From: Fibrobacteria bacterium
GTDB lineage: Bacteria; Fibrobacterota; Fibrobacteria; UBA11236
Reading direction: 5' to 3'
Length of the DNA stretch: 19,321 nt
NCBI GenBank assembly: GCA_050486505.1
Contig: JBJHDK010000046.1
Location: 1 to 19,321 of the forward strand
In this document: positions 14,581 through 19,321 of the stretch, piece by piece
Position numbering within the stretch: position 1 is the stretch's first letter
Layout: each line of letters begins with the position of its first letter
The notes under the pieces: generated by a model
Databases searched by the model: none
What the model was told of the DNA's origin: nothing
The model's input: only the letters and a program-made list of their open reading frames with translations
Made by a program: the position numbers and the translations under genes

Positions 14581-14961
14581 TTACTCGGCCTTGGCTTCCT
14601 CGGCAGCGGGTGCCTCGGCGGCAGGAGCTTCGGCCTTGGCTTCTTCCTTGGCAGGAGCAGCCTTGGCGGCCTTGACCTTCACCTTCGACACCTTCTCCTT
14701 GGCGGGAGCTTCTTCCTTGGCCTTGACCGGAATCTCCTTGCGGGACTTGCGGGCGGCGCCGACCACGGTGGTGTAGCGCGAGGTGAACTTCTCGATGCGG
14801 CCGCCCGAGTCGATCATCTTCTGCTTGCCGGTGTAATACGGATGGCAGTTGGAGCAGATTTCAATGCCCTGGCCATTCGTCGTGGACGGCAGTTCGATCA
14901 CATTGCCACAGGAGCACGTGAACGTTTGCGCGGTATAATTCGGATGGATCTCGGCCTTCAT
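14581..14961 (-). CDS. rpmE: 50S ribosomal protein bL31 (Zn-binding type) with an Ala/Lys/Glu-rich C-terminal extension
   Basis: [12 protein letters not shown]...[26 protein letters not shown] 14961 follows GGAG. Confidence 0.96.
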   Translation of the reverse strand: MKAEIHPNYTAQTFTCSCGNVIELPSTTNGQGIEICSNCHPYYTGKQKMIDSGGRIEKFTSRYTTVVGAARKSRKEIPVKAKEEAPAKEKVSKVKVKAAKAAPAKEEAKAEAPAAEAPAAEEAKAE

Positions 14962-14997
14962 TCCCAAACTCCGGTTTCTGCGAAAAAATTGAGCAGC

Positions 14998-15005
14998 CAA
15001 AGATA
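14998..15005 (-). promoter_or_regulatory. Putative rpmE promoter element TATCTTTG
   Basis: TAnnTTTG match 36 nt upstream of the rpmE ATG, in the divergent intergenic region. Confidence 0.5.
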
Positions 15006-15074
15006 ATTTCCCGAACCACGCGATGCAACCGGGGGAACCCCACCAAATTCCCGCGGATTAAGCATTTTTCCCTC

Positions 15075-15848
15075 ATGCACCCAGACAAACCACTCGTCAT
15101 CGGGGGGCGGACCTACCGCTCCCGCCTCATCGTCGGCACTGGAAAATACCCGAATTTCGAAACCATGCGCAAGGCCCATGAGGTTTCGGGCACCGAAATG
15201 GTGACCGTTGCGCTGGGCCGGGTCAAACTCGACGGCCCCGAAGAGGAAAACATCCTCAACTACATCGACCCGAAGAAATACGTTCTCCTCCCCAACACCG
15301 CGGGTGCCTTCAACGTCGAGGACGCGCTGCGCATCGCCCGCCTCGCCAAGGCGCAGGGCATGAACCTGATCAAGCTCGAGGTGCTCGCCGAGGCGAAAAC
15401 CTTGCTGCCCGATCCGTTGGGAACCTACGAGGCGGCAAAAAAACTCGTCGAGGAAGATTTCACCGTGCTGGTGTACACCAGCGACGATCCCGTGCTCGCC
15501 AAACGGCTCGAAGATCTCGGCGTGGCCGCGGTCATGCCGGCCGGCTCCCCCATCGGAAGCGGCCAGGGCGTGCTCAACGAGAACAACATCCGCATCATCA
15601 TGGAATCCCTCTCCTGCCCGGTCATCGTGGATGCCGGTATGGGAACCGCCTCGGACCTCGCCCGCGCGATGGAACTCGGTGTCGACGGCCTGCTGTGCAA
15701 CACCGGCATCGCCTGCGCCGACGACCCCGTGCGCATGGCGCGCGCCTTCAGGTTGGCCACCGAGGCGGGTCGCGAGGCGTACCTCGCCGGCCGCATCCCC
15801 CGCAAGCTTTACGGCAGCGCCAGCAGCCCGCAGGAAGGACTGAGGTAA
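15075..15848 (+). CDS. thiG: Thiazole synthase
   Basis: SRLIVGTGKY, LPNTAG, IKLEV, LLPD, AVMPAGSPIGSGQG, VIVDAG.G and AMELG.DG.L.NT.IA. Confidence 0.97.
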   Translation: MHPDKPLVIGGRTYRSRLIVGTGKYPNFETMRKAHEVSGTEMVTVALGRVKLDGPEEENILNYIDPKKYVLLPNTAGAFNVEDALRIARLAKAQGMNLIKLEVLAEAKTLLPDPLGTYEAAKKLVEEDFTVLVYTSDDPVLAKRLEDLGVAAVMPAGSPIGSGQGVLNENNIRIIMESLSCPVIVDAGMGTASDLARAMELGVDGLLCNTGIACADDPVRMARAFRLATEAGREAYLAGRIPRKLYGSASSPQEGLR

Positions 15849-15872
15849 GGGCGACCAGCAGGTCGCCCATAC
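15845..15872. repeat. REP-like palindrome overlapping the thiG stop
   Basis: GTAAGGGCGACC-AGCA-GGTCGCCCATAC: a perfect 8-bp stem with GTA/TAC ends and no U tract. Confidence 0.6.
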
Positions 15873-15883
15873 AACCACCGGAC

Positions 15884-16342
15884 ATGTCCGACACCGAAGC
15901 CTACCTCGACGACTACCTCACCTCTGAACACCTGCTGTTTCTCGATCTGGGGTTGAAGGAACATGCGGAGGGGGTGCTCCGTGCGTTCTTCTCTGCGGCG
16001 GGGACTCGCGGCGAAGGCTCGCTGGAATCGTTGCGCGCCGCGACGGTCGATGCCGTGCTGATGCAGGACATGGGCCGTCTCGCATTCCCCCTCCCCATCC
16101 GGCGCGGGGTACCCGACATTCTGGAAGGGTTCTTCGCCTACCTGCAGGAGACCGGGCGTTTCCCCGCCGCAGGCAGCTGGCGCGTGTGCGTCGAGGCGCT
16201 GGCGGAGAAGTACCGCGGCGCCCTGCGCGAAGACGGCGGGGTGAAGGGAGAGACCTACCGCAAAGCCTCAACGGAGGTCGGGCGCAACGATCCCTGTTTC
16301 TGCGGCAGCGGACGGAAGTACAAGAAATGCTGTGGAAGCTAG
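15884..16342 (+). CDS. SEC-C metal-binding motif protein (152 aa)
   Basis: C-terminal VGRNDPCFCGSGRKYKKCCG. Start moved to ATG 15884 to avoid overlap with thiG. Confidence 0.88.
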   Translation: MSDTEAYLDDYLTSEHLLFLDLGLKEHAEGVLRAFFSAAGTRGEGSLESLRAATVDAVLMQDMGRLAFPLPIRRGVPDILEGFFAYLQETGRFPAAGSWRVCVEALAEKYRGALREDGGVKGETYRKASTEVGRNDPCFCGSGRKYKKCCGS

Positions 16343-16348
16343 CGGGGA

Positions 16349-16513
16349 GAATTAAGAATTACGGAATTACGAATTACGAATTGAACACAGGGAGATGCTT
16401 GTGTGAAACGCTTTTACGTATTGCCGGGGACATTCGCAGAACTCCGTTTTCAAATCGCCTCCCCTCATTCGTAATTCGTAATTCGTAATTCCGTAATTCG
16501 TAATTCTCAATTC
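16349..16513. repeat. Inverted GAATTAC heptamer arrays with a self-complementary spacer
   Basis: 5 units at 16349-16383 and 6 reverse units GTAATTC/TCAATTC at 16471-16513. The spacer pairs GGGAG/CTCCC and AAACG/CGTTT. Located at a convergent junction. Confidence 0.9.
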
Positions 16514-17169
16514 TTCTCATCCCCCTGGTGCTTCACGACCTTTGCCTGAACGTGGAAGATGACCTCTTCCGCGATGTTGGTCGAGAGGTCGGCGATGCGC
16601 TCCAGGTTGCGCGCGATGCGCATCAGTTCCAGCGCGGTCTCGATGGTCATGGAGTTCCCCTTGACCATCGACACGGCCTCCCGCACGGTCGAGCGGTTCA
16701 GGCCGTCGACAAGGTCGTCCGTTTCCATGACGGTCCGCGCAGTGCCCAGATCCTTCTCGAAGAAGCTGCGGCAGGCATCCGAAAACATGGTTTGCGTGAG
16801 TTCGAACATGCGGGGCAACTCAAGCCGGGTGGGCAGGGGCTGAGAAATCGAAGTGACCGCGGACTGCGCGATGTTCACGGTGTGATCGCCGATGCGCTCA
16901 AGGTCGTTGTTGATCTTGAGAATTGCGATCAGAAAGCGGAGATCCACGGCCACCGGCTGGTACAACGCGAAAGAATCGACCACCTCGTGTTCGATGGCGA
17001 TTTCGAGCTGGTTGATGCGCCGCTCGTTCAGAAACGCCGGCTCGGCGGCCTGGGCATTTCCTTCCGTGAACGTTCGCGCCGCCGCGGCAAGGCTTTCCTG
17101 GCAAAGCCCTGTCATTTCCTTCAGGGTACCACTGATTCTATCCAGACTTTTTACGAAATGACGTTCCAT
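16507..17169 (-). CDS. phoU: Phosphate signalling protein PhoU
   Basis: QPVAVDLR, DLERIGDH..NIA, D..VD and RNLERIAD.STNIAEEVIF; follows pstB. Confidence 0.96.
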   Translation of the reverse strand: MERHFVKSLDRISGTLKEMTGLCQESLAAAARTFTEGNAQAAEPAFLNERRINQLEIAIEHEVVDSFALYQPVAVDLRFLIAILKINNDLERIGDHTVNIAQSAVTSISQPLPTRLELPRMFELTQTMFSDACRSFFEKDLGTARTVMETDDLVDGLNRSTVREAVSMVKGNSMTIETALELMRIARNLERIADLSTNIAEEVIFHVQAKVVKHQGDEKN

Positions 17170-17171
17170 GG

Positions 17172-17936
17172 TTAACCGAACCTTCCGGTAATGTAATCCT
17201 CGGTCTGCTTCTCGCCCGGCGAAGTGAAGATCTTCTCGGTGGGCCCTTCCTCGATCAGCTTGCCAAGATAGAAGAACGCCGTCCTGTCGCTCACGCGCGA
17301 AGCCTGCTGCATGTTGTGCGTGACGATGACGATGGTATAGTTGTCCTTGAGTTCATACACCAGCTCCTCGATTTTCGCCGTGGAGATGGGGTCGAGCGCT
17401 GAAGTGGGCTCATCGAGCAGGATGACTTCGGGACGCACGGCGATGGTGCGGGCAATGCAGAGACGCTGCTGCTGGCCACCCGAGAGGCTGAGGCCGCTTT
17501 GATCGAGGATGTCCTTGGCCTCGTCCCACAGGGCAGCCTGACGCAGCGACTGCTCGACGCGCTCATCCATTTCGGATTTGCTCAGCCGCTCATAGAGCTT
17601 CACGCCGAAGGCGATGTTGTCGTAGATCGACATCGGGAAGGGCGTCGGTTTCTGGAAGAGCATTCCCACCTTCGCCCGCAACTGGTTCAGGTTCGTTCCC
17701 GGGGCGAGGATGTTCTTGCCGTCGAGAAGGATTTCACCCTCCGCACGTTGCCCCGGGTACAGCGAATACATGCGGTTGAGGCAGCGCAGCAATGTCGATT
17801 TTCCGCATCCGGAAGGCCCGATGAACGCGGTGACCTTCTTCGTCGGCACATCAAGGTTGATGCCGTGAAGCGCCTTGAAGGCCTTGTAGAAAAAGTCCAG
17901 GTTCTGGATCCGGATTTTCGTGTTGTCAGTGCTCAC
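17172..17936 (-). CDS. pstB: Phosphate ABC transporter ATP-binding protein
   Basis: [49 protein letters not shown] and [10 protein letters not shown]. Confidence 0.98.
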   Translation of the reverse strand: MSTDNTKIRIQNLDFFYKAFKALHGINLDVPTKKVTAFIGPSGCGKSTLLRCLNRMYSLYPGQRAEGEILLDGKNILAPGTNLNQLRAKVGMLFQKPTPFPMSIYDNIAFGVKLYERLSKSEMDERVEQSLRQAALWDEAKDILDQSGLSLSGGQQQRLCIARTIAVRPEVILLDEPTSALDPISTAKIEELVYELKDNYTIVIVTHNMQQASRVSDRTAFFYLGKLIEEGPTEKIFTSPGEKQTEDYITGRFG

Positions 17937-17953
17937 GTTGGGGGGTTCTCCTC

Positions 17954-17975
17954 GTTAGGGCGACCCGTCGGTCGC
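17954..17975. repeat. Degenerate REP-like hairpin between pstA and pstB
   Basis: GTTAGGGCGACC-CGTC-GGTCGC shares the GGGCGACC-N4-GGTCGC core with the 15845 element. Confidence 0.45.
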
Positions 17976-17995
17976 AGGAGTGAAGGTGAATGCGC

Positions 17996-18883
17996 TCATG
18001 AGACCTGCTTGATGCGGGAGAGGAAGTAGCGCGCGGTGACACTGAGAATCAGGATCCCCAGGGTGATCAGGAAGGCCCCGGCCCAGGCCATTTGCTGCCA
18101 GTTCTGGTAGGGGCTCATGGCATACTGGAAAATCACCATGGGCAGGTTCGCCATGGGCTTCATCAGTTCCGTGCTCCAGAACTGGTTGCTCAGGGCGGTG
18201 AACAGCAGCGGGGCGGTTTCGCCGGCCGCGCGTGCAAGCGCGAGCAGAATCCCTGTTGCGATCCCTGGAAGGGCCGCCTTGTAGGTAACCCGGGTCACGA
18301 CCATCCAGTACGGGGCTCCCAGCGACAGGGCTGCCTCCCGGAGACTCCCGGGAACCAGGCGCAGCATTTCCTCGGTCGTGCGGATGATGACCGGAAGCAT
18401 GATGATGGCAAGGGCGATGCCCCCGGCAAGGCCCGAGAAGTGCCCCATCGGACGCACCATCAAGGTGTAGACGAACAGGCCGATGACGATCGAAGGTGCG
18501 CTCAGCAAAATCTCGCTGATGAAGCGGACGAGGTTCGCGATCCAACTTCCGCGCCCGAACTCCGCAAGGAAGGTTCCGACGAGGATCCCGAGCGGAGTCC
18601 CGATGCCGATCGAGATCGAGAGGATGATGAGGCTTCCCACGATGGCGTTCGAAAGCCCTCCCCCCTCGGCGCCGGGAGGCGGAGTCATCTCGGTGAAGAT
18701 CTCCCAGCGCATGCCCTCGATGCCGTATTGAAAAATGGTGATGAGGATCCACGCCAGCCAGAAGATCCCGAATGCGGTCGTGAACACGGCCATCGCGCGG
18801 ATGAACCAGTCCATGGCGTTCCGCCGCACATAGAGCCTGCGACGGACGCCTGCCGCGCCGACCGCTGCGTCGTTCCGTTCCAT
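17996..18883 (-). CDS. pstA: Phosphate ABC transporter permease PstA
   Basis: GGLSNAIVGS, LSAPSIVIGLF, RTTEEMLRLVP.SLREAA.SLGA and ARAAGETAPLLFT. The start overlaps the pstC stop (TGATG). Confidence 0.97.
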   Translation of the reverse strand: MERNDAAVGAAGVRRRLYVRRNAMDWFIRAMAVFTTAFGIFWLAWILITIFQYGIEGMRWEIFTEMTPPPGAEGGGLSNAIVGSLIILSISIGIGTPLGILVGTFLAEFGRGSWIANLVRFISEILLSAPSIVIGLFVYTLMVRPMGHFSGLAGGIALAIIMLPVIIRTTEEMLRLVPGSLREAALSLGAPYWMVVTRVTYKAALPGIATGILLALARAAGETAPLLFTALSNQFWSTELMKPMANLPMVIFQYAMSPYQNWQQMAWAGAFLITLGILILSVTARYFLSRIKQVS

Positions 18884-19321
18884 CAGGTTCCCTTTCCTTC
18901 CATGCGGTTCATGCGAAGCAGAAGCAGGCGCGCCAGCACGAGCACCGTGAACGTGATCATGAAGAGCACCAGCCCCAGGGCGATGAGAGCGGAGACGTAC
19001 ATGGGGGAATATGCCTCGGCGAATTCGTTGGCAAGGGTCGCCGCGATGCTCGTCCCGGGCTCGAGCAGGGAGAAATTGAGGTTGTGTGTGTTCCCGATGA
19101 CGAAGGTCACGGCCATGGTTTCACCCAAGGCGCGCCCGAGCCCGAGGAAAATGCCCCCGGTCACGGCAAGGCGGGTGTATGGCAAGGTCACGTTGCGGGC
19201 CACCTCCCACATGGTGCAGCCCATCGCATAGGCGGATTCCTTGAGAATCCCCGGGGTGGCCATGAACACGTCGCGCATGATGGAGGAGATGAAGGGGATG
19301 ATCATGATCCCGAGAATGATG
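18883..19321 (-). CDS. pstC: Phosphate ABC transporter permease PstC, C-terminal part
   Basis: IMIIPFISSIMRDVF, KESAYAMG.T.WE, LGLGRALGETMAVTFVIGN and LANEFAEA. The frame is open to the window edge. Confidence 0.97.
   Translation of the reverse strand, partial: IILGIMIIPFISSIMRDVFMATPGILKESAYAMGCTMWEVARNVTLPYTRLAVTGGIFLGLGRALGETMAVTFVIGNTHNLNFSLLEPGTSIAATLANEFAEAYSPMYVSALIALGLVLFMITFTVLVLARLLLLRMNRMEGKGT

Noticed and set aside
15006..15074. TPP riboswitch upstream of thiG
   Set aside because: Only about 70 nt shared with the rpmE promoter, and no CTGAGA/GATAATGC-type core.
15695..15883. Longer start for the SEC-C protein
   Set aside because: It overlaps thiG by more than 150 nt, with shadow-like composition.
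2034..16513. Repeat arrays as CRISPR arrays
   Set aside because: Units are 7-8 nt and directly tandem with no unique spacers, and no cas genes are present.

Overview
GC-rich bacterial chromosomal window, mostly housekeeping genes: partial argJ (missed by the ORF track), greA, holA, a DoxX-like gene, gcvH, an isolated murD, a single-domain globin, a PduO-type cob(I)alamin adenosyltransferase, a carbon-nitrogen hydrolase, uup, a DUF1385 gene, rpmE, thiG, a SEC-C protein and pstC(partial)-pstA-pstB-phoU. Two things stand out. (1) A three-gene minus-strand cluster (2210-4939) resembles by motif the DUF3348 / DUF802-type ZorA / DUF2894 genes of Zorya type III, but has no ZorB/MotB gene, and its ZorA-like protein has only two TM helices. 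It is a candidate 'motorless' Zorya-III derivative. (2) Inverted arrays of 7-8 nt tandem repeats fold into long hairpins at several gene junctions. One locus encloses a four-helix-bundle (23S IVS/Avd-like) gene that has a CRP-type box centred at -41.5. Also seen: a terminator in the greA leader, GTAG-type REP-like palindromes on stop codons, and a recurring TAnnTTT(G/C) promoter-like motif with apparently leaderless genes. All family calls come from motif recognition by eye; no database searches were run.
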